From a virus, in IMG/VR virus record IMGVR_UViG_3300044844_000928: a stretch of 64,000 nucleotides of DNA; one strand, written 5' to 3'. A program made the translations under genes and the position numbers. Below, one piece after another: positions 25,830 to 38,300 of the stretch. The stretch's first letter is position 1. Every line of letters begins with the position of its first letter. The notes under the pieces were generated by a model. It was given only the letters and a program-made list of their open reading frames with translations. It searched no databases and had not been told where the DNA came from.

Positions 25830-27643
25830 TGAATAAACAAATAAATGTTTCTGAACTTGACTTTGATAACATAAAAAATAATCTAAAAAACTTTCTAAAG
25901 GGTCAATCAACTTTATCTGATTATGATTTTGAGGGTTCTGGTTTATCTATCTTAGTTGATTTGCTTGCATACAATACGCATTACAATTCACTGTATACCA
26001 ATATGGCTCTTAACGAATCTTTTTTAGATACAGCATCTAAAAGGGAAAGTGTTGTTTCTTTGGCAACTATGCTAGGTTACTTACCGCGCTCGGCAAAATG
26101 CGCAACTGCTACTGTCGATTTGATTATCTCTAACCCTACGTTAACGCCGGCTTCAGCTATTTTGCCGAAATATTCTGCGTTCTCATGTACGGCTAATGGA
26201 AAATCTTACTTTTTCTATAACACAGAAGATATCCCTGTTGTGCCTGTTAATGGGATATATAGAGCAAATGCTATAGAGATTAAAGAAGGGATACCAAATT
26301 ATGAAACGTACACCGTTTCTGACACAACCAAATATATTATCTCAAACAAAAATGTTGATGTTGATACAGTAAAGGTAATTGTAAAAGAATCAAGTTCTTC
26401 TACCGCTGTAACTACATACACATTAGCAAGCGATATTCTTAATGTGAAATCAACAGATACCGTGTTTTTTCTTAAAGAAATTTACGACAATAATTTTGAA
26501 GTGTCATTCGGAAACGACAAATTAGGTAAAGCGCTAACAAACGGAAATATTGTAACAATTGAATACTTTATAACCAATAGAGCAGACGCTAACGATATTC
26601 GCCAGTTTGCGTTAACCAGAAGCATTGTTGAATTAGGTGGTTCTTCTTTTGTTATTACGGTATTACCTTCTTCTGGTGGCGATGAACCAGAAACAGCATC
26701 TGAAATTAGATTTAATGCCCCAAAACTATTAAATTCACATAATAGGGCGGTGACTGCTAATGATTACCTTTCTGTCATAAAGGCTAATTATACAAACATA
26801 GATACAATTAATGTGTGGGGCGGTGAGGATAACATTCCACCGGTTTACGGTAAAGTGTTTATGTGCATCAAACCAAAATATTCTAGCAAACTATCTGTAT
26901 CTGAAAAAGAATTAATTAAAATAGATTTGCTTAAAAACAGAAATGTGATAGGAGTAACGCCTGAATTTGTAGATCCTAATTATATCAATCTACAGGTTAA
27001 TATTGTTGCTCATTATGATAAGGCGGCTACGACTAGAACCAAAAATGATTTAATATCTGCTATTGATGTTGTTGTTAGAGATTATAATGAAACAAGCCTT
27101 AAAAAGTTTGATTCAGTTTTCAGGTATTCTAAATTTTTAAAATTGATTGATGGTGTTGATTCAGCTATACTTTCAAACATCACTAATATTTTGATTCGTA
27201 GACCAGTTAACATTTACTTCAATACAAAAACACCATATACAATTGATTTGCATAATCCTATATATGCGGCTGGTGTGCCTGAGGAAGCGGTTACTACGAC
27301 TGGGTTCTACGTGACAGGCGATGCGTCAACCATATTTTACATGGAAGACGATGGACTCGGGAACCTTATAAAATATACATTAGATACAGAGTATAATAAA
27401 ATTTATTCTGTTGGAACATTTGGAACTGTAAATTATGAAGAAGGCACTATTAATTTGACTGAAGTTTCAATTTCAAGACTGGCAAATACAAAATTTGAAT
27501 TTTTTATTAAGCCGGCTTCTAACGATATTATTTCAAGACAACATAACATAGTACAATTAGACACAAATAATATCATTATTGATGCTGTTGTTGATTCAAC
27601 TGCATTTGGTGGTTCTAGTTATGTATTTACAAAGAGTAGATAA
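25829..27643 (+). CDS. 6: Baseplate wedge gp6
   Basis: SELDFD.IK.NLK.FL..Q....DYDFEGSGL..L.DLLAYNTHYN, RAVT..DY, WGGEDN.PP.YGKVF. Confidence 0.95.
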   Translation: MNKQINVSELDFDNIKNNLKNFLKGQSTLSDYDFEGSGLSILVDLLAYNTHYNSLYTNMALNESFLDTASKRESVVSLATMLGYLPRSAKCATATVDLIISNPTLTPASAILPKYSAFSCTANGKSYFFYNTEDIPVVPVNGIYRANAIEIKEGIPNYETYTVSDTTKYIISNKNVDVDTVKVIVKESSSSTAVTTYTLASDILNVKSTDTVFFLKEIYDNNFEVSFGNDKLGKALTNGNIVTIEYFITNRADANDIRQFALTRSIVELGGSSFVITVLPSSGGDEPETASEIRFNAPKLLNSHNRAVTANDYLSVIKANYTNIDTINVWGGEDNIPPVYGKVFMCIKPKYSSKLSVSEKELIKIDLLKNRNVIGVTPEFVDPNYINLQVNIVAHYDKAATTRTKNDLISAIDVVVRDYNETSLKKFDSVFRYSKFLKLIDGVDSAILSNITNILIRRPVNIYFNTKTPYTIDLHNPIYAAGVPEEAVTTTGFYVTGDASTIFYMEDDGLGNLIKYTLDTEYNKIYSVGTFGTVNYEEGTINLTEVSISRLANTKFEFFIKPASNDIISRQHNIVQLDTNNIIIDAVVDSTAFGGSSYVFTKSR

Positions 27644-27645
27644 TT

Positions 27646-29799
27646 ATGGATAAAACTAAACTATCCTCGATAATATCGTCACAGTTTCCTGAATTTACCA
27701 TACCAAAATATGGCAATTTCATAAAATTTTTAGAACTGTATTATTCGTATATTGAACAAACAGATTTTAGGGCGTTTGGTAACTTAAAATCTTTAGATGA
27801 CAATTTAGATGTATTTGTGGAACATATCAAATCTGAATTAGGTATTTCAGACATACCATCTGTACATGGTACAGATGAAAGGTTACTTTTAAAGCATATT
27901 AAAGATTTTTACTCAGCTAAAGGCTCAGAAGAATCATTGAGAATTTTATTTAGACATCTGTTCGGTAAAGAGATTGATATATTTTACCCAAAAGATTTTA
28001 TTCTGAAAGCATCTGATGGCAGATGGAAACAAGAAATATCCGTTCTTGTTTCAGTTAGTTCTAATGACAAAGGGATATCAACTTCTTGGTTAAACGATAA
28101 AACATATCAAAATCAAACCGGTTCTATTTCTACATCTAAAAGTAGTACGATTGTAACAGGTTATAATACACAATTTACACATTTGCAAAAAGGTTCTATT
28201 TTACATAAAACTGATACAAATATTATTATTGGAACAATATATTCTATTCAATCTGACACAATTTTAACGTTAGTTGATCATGCTTATATTGATGCCATTT
28301 CTGCTATACAATTTAAAACTTCTGTTGCAGACGCATATTCGTTAACTGGCAAATATGTTAATATACAATCAACATATAAAACAATTGAAGTTTATGTTAG
28401 CAGAGTTAGAGCGGTAAATAACGGTCAATATGAAATCTTTATGGAAGGATTTTATCATAATGATTTGGAGCTATATAATGAAATTTTGTTTGAAGATGTA
28501 TTATGTGTTATACAGCCATCTGTTGCTAAACTTAGGGTTGAAAAGAAAGGCGCTAAATTCAAACTTGGTCAGATATTTGATTTAGACGCAGGTGGTAGCG
28601 GGGCAAAATGTAAAATTGTCGACATAGATGCAGACGGCGGTATCAAATCTATACAATTAATTTTTTTCGGGTCTGGGTATGAACAAAACTCTTATTTCAA
28701 TTTAGTATCTGGATTCAATAAATCTGAAACGTTTGACCCATCAAAATTATATGATTACACAACTGGGTTCGTTGAAGACGGGGTAATAACATATCAAGAT
28801 TATTTTGTTGAGTATGCACCTATAGATTATTCCGGTGAAGTTTTACGGGCATTTCATTCAGATTACACTGTTCCTCCTGGATATTATGTAACAGATGATA
28901 ATACCGCTATTATTGAAATTGAAATGGGAATTATCCGCAAATATCCTGGATCGTTTACAGCCAGCAACGGGTTTGCGTCTGATGCATTTGTTTTACAGGA
29001 TAATTATTATTATCAAATTTATTCTTATGCGATTAAAGTGTCAGAAGATATTCAGTTGTATAAAGATATTGTTAAACATGTGGTGAACCCAGCCGGCTAT
29101 TTAATGTTTGGTGAATACACCTTAAATAATGATATTGATATGTCAATATCTCTTGAGCAGATAGGCTATTTCTTTAAAAAATTATTCAAAGAAATTTTAC
29201 TTTTTACTGATGATCATTCTACATTAATTGAAAAGCCATTTGCTGATAGTGTTGGTAAAAGTGATTCTAGAACGAAATTATTTGGTAAGGCATTAGCAGA
29301 TTCCATAACAAATGCTGATAGTAGCACAAAATTGTTTAACAAAGGGTTAACCGATTATGTGACGCAATCTGAAAATAGAACGAAATTATTTGGTAAGGCA
29401 TTAGCAGATTCTATAACTGCGCCAGATTCTAGAACGAAATTATTTGGTAAGGCATTAGCAGATTCTATAACTGCGCCAGATTCTAGAACGAAATTATTTG
29501 GTAAGGCATTAGCAGATTCCATAACAAATGCTGATAGTAGCACAAAATTGTTTAACAAAGGGTTATCGGAAACGATTACTTATACTGAAACAAAAACGAC
29601 TGCGTTCTCTAAACAATTAGCAGATGCAATTACGCCATCTCAAACTTTCTCTAAATTATTAAGTAAAAGATTCAGTGATTCTACTTATGGCACTACAGAT
29701 ACTGGATCTTTAATTTTAACTAAAATAGCGCTTTCATATTTTCTTGAAGATTATAATTCTCAAGCATATGCAGAAGGCACATATACAACAAACTTTTAA
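27646..29799 (+). CDS. 7: Baseplate wedge gp7-like protein
   Basis: FI.FL..YY..., IKDFY.AKG.EES..ILFR.LFG......YP...ILKASDG.W, LQDNYYYQ.YSY.IK.....YK..VK..V.PAG..MFG. Confidence 0.75.
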   Translation: MDKTKLSSIISSQFPEFTIPKYGNFIKFLELYYSYIEQTDFRAFGNLKSLDDNLDVFVEHIKSELGISDIPSVHGTDERLLLKHIKDFYSAKGSEESLRILFRHLFGKEIDIFYPKDFILKASDGRWKQEISVLVSVSSNDKGISTSWLNDKTYQNQTGSISTSKSSTIVTGYNTQFTHLQKGSILHKTDTNIIIGTIYSIQSDTILTLVDHAYIDAISAIQFKTSVADAYSLTGKYVNIQSTYKTIEVYVSRVRAVNNGQYEIFMEGFYHNDLELYNEILFEDVLCVIQPSVAKLRVEKKGAKFKLGQIFDLDAGGSGAKCKIVDIDADGGIKSIQLIFFGSGYEQNSYFNLVSGFNKSETFDPSKLYDYTTGFVEDGVITYQDYFVEYAPIDYSGEVLRAFHSDYTVPPGYYVTDDNTAIIEIEMGIIRKYPGSFTASNGFASDAFVLQDNYYYQIYSYAIKVSEDIQLYKDIVKHVVNPAGYLMFGEYTLNNDIDMSISLEQIGYFFKKLFKEILLFTDDHSTLIEKPFADSVGKSDSRTKLFGKALADSITNADSSTKLFNKGLTDYVTQSENRTKLFGKALADSITAPDSRTKLFGKALADSITAPDSRTKLFGKALADSITNADSSTKLFNKGLSETITYTETKTTAFSKQLADAITPSQTFSKLLSKRFSDSTYGTTDTGSLILTKIALSYFLEDYNSQAYAEGTYTTNF
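29263..29565 (+). repeat. 54-bp (18-aa) coding tandem repeats in the gp7-like C-terminus
   Basis: SRTKLFGKALADSITAPD/NAD units with near-identical DNA. Confidence 0.9.
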
Positions 29800-29808
29800 G
29801 GAATAAAA

Positions 29809-30255
29809 ATGATTTTAAATTCACAATCTGGAGTTACCGGCGTTGTTTCTATTGTAAAAACTAATAGCAATAATGAAGTTACAGACAAAGTTGTATCAAA
29901 CTTAGTTGTTACAACCGGCAAAACTATTATTGCCACATTGTTATCTGGTGGTACTGGTGCTATGACTCATATGGCTGTTGGTTCTGGGGCAGTTCCTGCC
30001 GCATCCGGTGATGTTGCATTAGGAGCACAAATTTCTACTCGTAAAGCATTAACATCAACAACTGCTTCTACAAATACAGTTACTTATGTTGCTACATTTG
30101 CGCCAACTGAAAGTACAGGAACATTGACTGAAGCAGGTTTATTCAATAGTGCAACGGGCGTTTTAACTAATATGTTGGCTAGAACTGTATTCCCTACTAT
30201 CACAAAAGAAGCTGGCGATACCATCACAATTACATGGGTAATCACAATTTCTTAA
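29809..30255 (+). CDS. Virion structural protein (paralog A)
   Basis: NLVV..GK..I, HMAVGSG, D.AL, EAGLFN....G.MLAR.VFP.I.K.....ITW.I; paralog of the next ORF. Confidence 0.7.
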   Translation: MILNSQSGVTGVVSIVKTNSNNEVTDKVVSNLVVTTGKTIIATLLSGGTGAMTHMAVGSGAVPAASGDVALGAQISTRKALTSTTASTNTVTYVATFAPTESTGTLTEAGLFNSATGVLTNMLARTVFPTITKEAGDTITITWVITIS

Positions 30256-30267
30256 TAAGGAAAATTT

Positions 30268-30717
30268 ATGTTTGGTAAAGAAATGTTAAAAATCACCGGT
30301 AAATTGACCATTGAAAAATTCGATTTGAATGGTATATTATTAGAAACTATTGAAATACCAAACATGATTGTTGATGCCGGTAAAAATCATATTTTGTTAA
30401 GGCTATTATCAGGGACGACAGAAACTCCCATGTCACACATGGGAGTTGGCAGTGGGGATTCGCGCGTATTAGTTAATGATACCGCGTTAACAACACCAAT
30501 CGGAACAAGAGTTAATTTATTAACACCAACAGTAAATGGCAACACCATAAGTTATGTTGGGACATTTTTAGCTGGAAATGCAACTGGTTCTATTAGTGAA
30601 GCCGGTATTTTTAATGCGCTAACCGGTGGTAAGATGCTATGCAAAACTGTATTTCCAACAATAACAAAAATAGCATCACAATCCATAATTATTTCATGGG
30701 TAATCACACTTTCTTAG
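30268..30717 (+). CDS. Virion structural protein (paralog B)
   Basis: Same motif set as 29809-30255. Confidence 0.7.
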   Translation: MFGKEMLKITGKLTIEKFDLNGILLETIEIPNMIVDAGKNHILLRLLSGTTETPMSHMGVGSGDSRVLVNDTALTTPIGTRVNLLTPTVNGNTISYVGTFLAGNATGSISEAGIFNALTGGKMLCKTVFPTITKIASQSIIISWVITLS

Positions 30718-30724
30718 GATTTTT

Positions 30725-32344
30725 ATGAGTTCAATTATTAGCCAAGGGTTTCATATCGCATTAGCTGATTCGACTTTTCGTGACATCAAAAGTAACACTG
30801 TAAAATTTTATTACTATCTTGGTAAAAGTTTACCCTATAATGTTACAGATGAACCGGAAACCCCTACAAAAACTTTCGTTTATGAACAACAAACTAAACG
30901 AGATGCAGTTTTTGTCAAGCGCGTATCTGTGAACGATATTTCTTTCGTTATTCCAAGAATCAATTGGGTTAGCGGTACAGTTTATGATGATTATGATGAT
31001 TTATATTCAACCACAAACTTGGCTAATTCTGGAGCTTCTTCACTTGAATCTGCTAAGTTTTATGTTGTGACATCATCTAATAAAGTCTATAAATGTTTAA
31101 ACAACAATAATGGTCAACCATCTACTGTTCAACCGTCTAATACAGACGTATTGCCGTTTAAAGAAGTTGACGGGTATATTTGGAAATTTATGTATGCAAT
31201 ACCTATTATTTTCCAGCGTAAATTTATGACACCGACGTTTGTTCCAGTGTCAAACTCTATGTCAACGAGATACTATAACAACGGCGGTATTGATAATGTT
31301 GTAATTTTAGATGGTGGATCTGGTTATCACCCTACAACCACAACAATTACAACTATTTCTCAAACAGGTGTTGGTGCACATATAACTCCTGATATTGATA
31401 ATATAACAGGACAAATAACTGGCGTGATTATTGACAATCACGGAGAAGGGTATCTTGATGTCCAATATCAAGTCACAGATGGTAATGCAACTCCAGGAAC
31501 GGGCGCTAAATTAACATCATCAACAGATTACGGTTCAGTAACAACGCAACAATCTAATGTTGAATTATCGGCTATAAATGGGTCAATTGAACGAATTAAG
31601 GTAACATTTGGTGGATACGATTATAATGTATTAACAACACAAATTATAATCAATGGTGATGGACAAGGATGTACTGCAATTCCTGTATTTAATTTATCTA
31701 ATCAAATTCAAAGTATCACTATTACAAATCCAGGATATGATTATACTTATGCAACTGTAACTATAACTGATTCTACAGGACATAATGCAACAGCTCGTGC
31801 TATTATTTCTCCATATGGTGGACATGGAAAAAATGCAATAAAAGAATTATTTGGAAATCGCATTATGTTTTCAACATCTATTCATAATGATAATATTAAC
31901 GGTTTTGTTATTGATAATGATTATAGACAGTTTGGATTAATTAGAAATCCAAACGGCGCCGATTCTTTACCATATACTGGAATTATAGGTTCTAGCTGTT
32001 ATACTGTAACAACAACTAGCACATTTAATTTGATAGATTATCCAAACGATACAATATTAAATTTAACATCAGGTTCTTATGTTGGTAAACAATTTATCGT
32101 TGTTGCAGCTAAGACAACGACAACGGGGGGCACGCTATTGCTACAACCTAAAGATAATGTGCCATTATCTGTTTCCAATTTTTTGTCTGTCTCAACAAAT
32201 CCTAGTATTGTGTTTAGGGTTGACAGTGTCACTGCCCCATCTGTGGACATGTTTAGCGGTGATATGTTGTATATAGATAACAGATACGCATTTTATCAAT
32301 CAAATGAACAAACTATTTCTTTGCAATCAGTAATTAAATTTTGA
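30725..32344 (+). CDS. 8: Baseplate wedge gp8
   Basis: VIPR.NW.SGT.YD.Y, FYV.T....VYKCL.N, DGY.WK.MY.I, ISP.GGHG.NA..EL, SG..LYIDNR. Confidence 0.88.
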   Translation: MSSIISQGFHIALADSTFRDIKSNTVKFYYYLGKSLPYNVTDEPETPTKTFVYEQQTKRDAVFVKRVSVNDISFVIPRINWVSGTVYDDYDDLYSTTNLANSGASSLESAKFYVVTSSNKVYKCLNNNNGQPSTVQPSNTDVLPFKEVDGYIWKFMYAIPIIFQRKFMTPTFVPVSNSMSTRYYNNGGIDNVVILDGGSGYHPTTTTITTISQTGVGAHITPDIDNITGQITGVIIDNHGEGYLDVQYQVTDGNATPGTGAKLTSSTDYGSVTTQQSNVELSAINGSIERIKVTFGGYDYNVLTTQIIINGDGQGCTAIPVFNLSNQIQSITITNPGYDYTYATVTITDSTGHNATARAIISPYGGHGKNAIKELFGNRIMFSTSIHNDNINGFVIDNDYRQFGLIRNPNGADSLPYTGIIGSSCYTVTTTSTFNLIDYPNDTILNLTSGSYVGKQFIVVAAKTTTTGGTLLLQPKDNVPLSVSNFLSVSTNPSIVFRVDSVTAPSVDMFSGDMLYIDNRYAFYQSNEQTISLQSVIKF

Positions 32345-32354
32345 AGAAATTAGG

Positions 32355-32361
32355 CTAAATA
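32355..32361 (+). promoter_or_regulatory. Putative late promoter
   Basis: CTAAATA upstream of the 2927-aa gene. Confidence 0.6.
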
Positions 32362-32399
32362 ATTGTATCGTTAACCAATAACAATAAGAGAACTAGAAT

Positions 32400-35300
32400 A
32401 TGCCAATGAATTTGAACATAGATCCTTATTATGATGATTATGATCATAAAAAAGGATTCCATAAGATACTTTTTAAACCAGGAGTCGCAGTCCAAGCGCG
32501 TGAGCTTACGCAGATACAATCAATTCTTCAAAACCAAGTAACAAAATTTGCTGACCATATTTTTGAAGATGGCTCAGTTGTTGATGGTGCTGCGCACACA
32601 ATTGATTTTAACGTAACCTATTTTAAAATCTCAGATTCGTTTAATAGCGCCGCTATCGTTTTTGATGATACTTTAGTTGGTAAAACTATCGTTGTAAATA
32701 GTGAAGATGTACTTAAACCAGATAATAGAAAGTTTTTAATTAAAGCGGTTACACAAAAAACTGGCACAGACCCAAAAACAATTTATGCTACTTTCCTTTC
32801 TGGTGGCTCTACAGGATCGTCATCAAAATATGTGTCTACTGGTGTTCGTCTTGATGTGTATTCTGTCCCAAATCCAGTTATAGGCACGACTTCTATTTTT
32901 AGATCTTTTTCTACTGAAGCAACTGGAGATAATGTATCTGGAAATTCTGTTTTATTTGGTATTGACGAAGGCATTTTTTATACTAAAAATTCATTTGTAT
33001 ATTGCCCAACTCAAACTATTGTTGTTTCTAAATATGCTAATTTGCCTTATACGGGAACAATTACAGCAATAACAAGTTCTGCTAGTATTACCGGCGTTGG
33101 AACATTATTTACAACTGAATTAGCTATTGGTGATGATATTTTTACATCTGATAATAAACTTATCGGAACTGTATTGAGTATCGCAGATAATACACATTTA
33201 ACCCTTAAAAATAATGCTAACACTTTAGTAACAGATGCAACATCATATACGGTTCCATTGTCTAAAGTTATCGGATTAAAAGCAGTTGAATCAATTATTA
33301 CTTCTGATACAGATTCAACTTTATTAGATCCTTCTTTCGGTTCGTACAACTATGCTGCTCCAGGTGCAGATAGATATTTCATATCTTTAGAAGCATCTGC
33401 TGTTTCCTATCAAGAACAATCTTTATCTTCTGAAGATTTCATTGATATTTGCCACATTAAAAATGGTGTTGTTGAATCAGACCAACGCCTACCTATCTAT
33501 TCAAATCTTGAAGATATATTCGCTCGTAGAACATATGACGAATCTGGAGATTATATTGTAAATGGTTTATTACCTACGGTAAAAGCTAACCCAGATGATA
33601 CATTATTAACTTTAAATGTCGCACCAGGAAAAGCTTATGTTAAAGGCTACGAGATTGAAAAAAATGGCGTAACTTCTATTGAGTTAACAAAACCAAGAAC
33701 TTTCGCATCTACATTAGATTACACAGTTGCAACTCAATATGGCAACTACATTACTGTCAGTGAAATAACCGGTAATCTGCCTGATATAACAAGTTCATCT
33801 TCAATTAATTTTTATTCTTCCAGTGATGTTGTTATTGGGACTGCTAGAGTTATAAACTTACTTCCAGTTTCTTATGGAGAATATCAACTTTATCTAGATG
33901 ATGTTGTATTAACTGCTGAATCGTTTGCTTCTGTTGTTTCTATTGGCGAAATTTCAGGAGAATTCACAGCTACCCTTATTTCGTCTAAAATATCTGATAC
34001 ATCAAATAGATTATTGGTGTTCCCAATTCCACTTGGTAATATTAAAACCGTTTCTACAGCTTCTTATGAATCTAAAAGATTATTCAAATCTGTTCCTGTT
34101 TACGGTGGCGTTTGTTCTTTAACTTCAGATTCATTGACTAAAGATTTTGTTCCATCTTCTGGTTCATTTAACAATATTAATTATACAATATCTTTATTGA
34201 CTTTGTCATCTGGCACTGGTTATACGGTTGACACAATATTAGATTTGTCTACCGCAGATATTACAGTTAGCACAAATCCATTAACAAATTCTTCTGTGAG
34301 TTTTGACTTTAATGATTCGTCATTTAATGGGACTGTTGATATCATAGCCACTGTAAATATAACTGGACAGGCTACAAGAACAAAAACCTTAGTGGTAAAT
34401 TATGGAAAAACTGTCAGCTTTGCAGCAAACTCAGCGGTTAAACAAAGTTTGGGTGTTTCTGATATTCATAAATTCACGGGCGCTTATGTAGTTGCAAGTA
34501 AAACTTACGCCGGTACATATGACCCATTAGTCACATATGCTTCTAATTCTGTTGTTATGCGTAACGGTAAACTGTATGATATTACAGGAACTACATTAGG
34601 AACAACTGCATATGAAAATATTGCTTCTAAATTCCAAATTGATAACGGTCAAACTGATTCTTATTACGGTAATGGGTCAATAAGCAGAACATCTGTGTTC
34701 ACAGTAGCAACAACAGTTTTGGTTGTATTTGACTATTATTTACATTCTGGTGAAGGACCTCTGGTTGTAAATAACGCTATTGGTGTTTCATATTCTGATA
34801 TTGGAGATTATTACGATAGTGTGTCGTTTTCAACGTACAAATTGAGAAACTGTTTAGACTTTAGACCAGTTCAACAAGAAGACGCGGCGGGGTTTGATAC
34901 ATTCACTTTGCCATATTCTAATGCTATTTTAGATGTTGATTATTATCTTGGTAGAATCGACAAATTGTCTTTAGATAAAACTGGTAAATATCAAGTCATA
35001 CAAGGTATTCCTGCTAGACAACCTACCAATCCAGCATCTAACCCAGATGCTATGGATATTTGTTCTATTACCTATGATGCTTATACTGACGATGAAAAAT
35101 CGACAAAATTATCTTTAGTTAAAAATAAAAGATATACGATGAAAGATATCGGAGCATTAGAAGGCAGAATTGAGAATGTGGAATATTATACCTCGTTGTC
35201 TATGCTTGAAAAAGATACATCATCTAAAACCTTTACTGATGATAATGGCACTCCATTATTCAACAACGGGTTCTTAGTTGATTCTTTTCAAGGTAAAAAT

Positions 35301-38300
35301 GTTGCTGACGTTACCAATCCAGATATGCAAACTGAGATTGATTATGACAAAAATGAATTAAGACCAAAATTCTATACTAAAACAGCTCATGCTAATTTAG
35401 CTACGACTGGAACAGGTATAAATTCTAACACAATCACTTTACCCTATACTTCAACAAAATTAACCGGTGTGGATTCGTATTCAACAACAGTATCAGTTAA
35501 CCCTTATAATGTTGTTACAGTGTCTGGTTCTGCTGCTTTGGTTCCAGATACAGACCACTGGGTTAAAGAGTTGTTGCCTGTAAACGATGCTGATACAATT
35601 AAACAATTAGCTGGAACATCAGACCTTGTGCCGGTTACAGTATGGAATGCTTGGGATCCGAAATCAGGCGCTACTTTATCTACATCTGCTATAACCTCTG
35701 CCGATGCTGATTTTATTGATATTGCTACTTCAAAAAATAAAGTTGTATCAGGAACAACGTATAATTTCACTAAGAATGTTATCCCTGTTACACGTGAACG
35801 TGTTATACAATATAAAGTAACTAACATGTTGGCTAACACCAATTTGTATTATTTCTTTGGTAAAGAATTGCAAGAAGACGGGTTTGTAACAAACGCAACA
35901 GGTTCTGTATTTTTAACGACTCCACCTGCTACAGATGATTCTGGCAACGCGACCGGTTATATCGTTATTCCTGAGGGGAAAGAAGGATCTACTTTTGTAA
36001 TTACTTTCTCTAATAGTCCGGCTGGTAAAGAATACGCATCATCATATGTTTCTGTTAACTATTACGTTGATATGAGCGCAAAATATGCTGATGAAAAACC
36101 TATTACTGTTGTTACAGGCGACCAAGTTGGCACTGCTACGGTGACTGAGTTAAAAGTTCCTAAACCAACTTCTACTTATACCATTGAACCATCTAGTTAT
36201 GTTGTTAGTGAAGCAGAGATATTCACCTTTACGTTTAACGCGGTCAACTATGATTTGAAAGGCGACTTTACTGGCACAGTTGTTGTAACAGATGGAACGG
36301 CTACCTTTGATTCTAAAACTGTAAATGGAACAGCAATTACATCTTTGGCATCGTTTACGTTTGCCGTTGATTCAGCTGGTAAAGCAGTCATTAAATTGAA
36401 AGTAACAGATGATGGGGTATCTCAAGCTGCTAGAAAAATTACGCTAACGGTTACTCCGCATAATAAATCTAGCAGAGACATTACGAAATATCCTGAATTT
36501 TTATACGGTACATCTTTATCGTCTACGATTAAATTGTTGAATCCTGTAAAAACTGAATATTCTGTAACTGGTCCAATTTCAGTAGGGACAACTGATACCG
36601 TTAATGTGACATTCCAGTCCACTAATGCTGAAGCGGATATTCCTATTTCGTATAAAGTTTATAAGAAAATCGGAAGCGCCGCTGAAGTTGATATCACATC
36701 ATCGTTTTCTACAGCAAATCCGTTTAACACATCTAACGCAAGTTCAAGTCACGTATTAACGCGAAATGTTTCTTCTGATGATGTTTCTGGTCAAACTGTA
36801 TACAAAGATAAAAATGGACAATATAGATACGTCTTTACTGACGCTTCTGGTAACTCTAAAGAACATATTGTTAGAATCATAGGTATATTTGACACGAAAT
36901 ATTACAAATTGTCAAATAACGCTTATTCTTCTAATGTTGCTCAAGGATCTAGAATAACCTTTGCGTTAGAAACTAATCATTATACAACAAATGCGTCATC
37001 TGACACAATCCCGTTTATTATTACGGCTAATGATGTTGATGTAACAACTTTAACCGGTTATACAGTTTCTCCTGCTATTACTTCGTTCACAGGAACAGCT
37101 TTGGTTGTATCTGTCACAGTTTCTAATAGCTTAGTATTAACTGCACCAAAAACTTTGAAATTAGAGTTAACTGGAACGAACAAAGGGAAAGGCACTAATT
37201 CTATTTGTTATATTCAAAATAATGCCGAAACTTCTACGTTAACAGCAGATAAATCTGCCAATGCTAGTATCGCTGATAGTGAAACAATTAACTTCACAGT
37301 AACATCAAGTTATGGTTCTGCTGCTGCTGGAACTAAAGTTACAGGAATCAAAGTTTCAAATTTAGCATCTAATGAATATACCTTAAACGCTACTTCTGGT
37401 GTATTGAATAGTTCTGGTGTGTTTACATTTAGTTTGACTGCGGTTGCTTTAAGAACTGCTACATTAGATAAAACCTTTAATGTCACTATGTTGTATAATG
37501 ATAAAGATACGTTAACATCTAGCACATATAACTTATCTAAATCAGTTCAACCGACTTTATCTACTAAATTTAGAAACAGTACTAACACAGCAGATTTGAC
37601 TACGATTAATCCAACTAGCACAAGCGGTACGGCTTCTTCTGCTAAATTGTTAATCACTCAAACAGCGCTACCTACTACAGAAAATGTAACGATTACAATA
37701 ACACCTAGTCCAATGCCAACTTCTGGGTATGTATTTAGTGGAAATACCAACACATTTTCTCAAACTATGACCGTTGCGGCGTTAACTGCTGCATCTAATT
37801 TAGTTGATGTAGGGTTCACCCTTGCGGTTCCAAGTAATATTACATTAAAAGCAGAAGTAAAATCTGCTGTTCGTGGTGGGTTGTCTGGAACAAGTACACT
37901 GTATTTGAATAATTCTGCTCGTGCGTTTACAATAGCAAAAGATTCTGCTACGATAGCCGCCGGCGCAACTAAAAATTACACTGTTACTATTGCAAATGAA
38001 AATACATCTAGAAACGTAACTTGGTCTATTGCCTTTGCTGATGCTAGTGATATTTCAACCTATTTTAGCACATACAGTGGTTCTGGTACGATTTCTGTTG
38101 GTGGTTCTTTAACTGCAGCAATAACAAGAAATTCTGTTGGGTATCCTACGAATAAAGCTATCGTGTTGACTGTTGTTGACGCAGGCGGCGTAGTTCCTAC
38201 AGGGACAAATTCAGAAATGACGATGGTATCTGTTGCGACTCCATTACCTGTGATTAAATTTTACGATGTATCAGGTTCTGAAATAACATCGTTTTTGACT

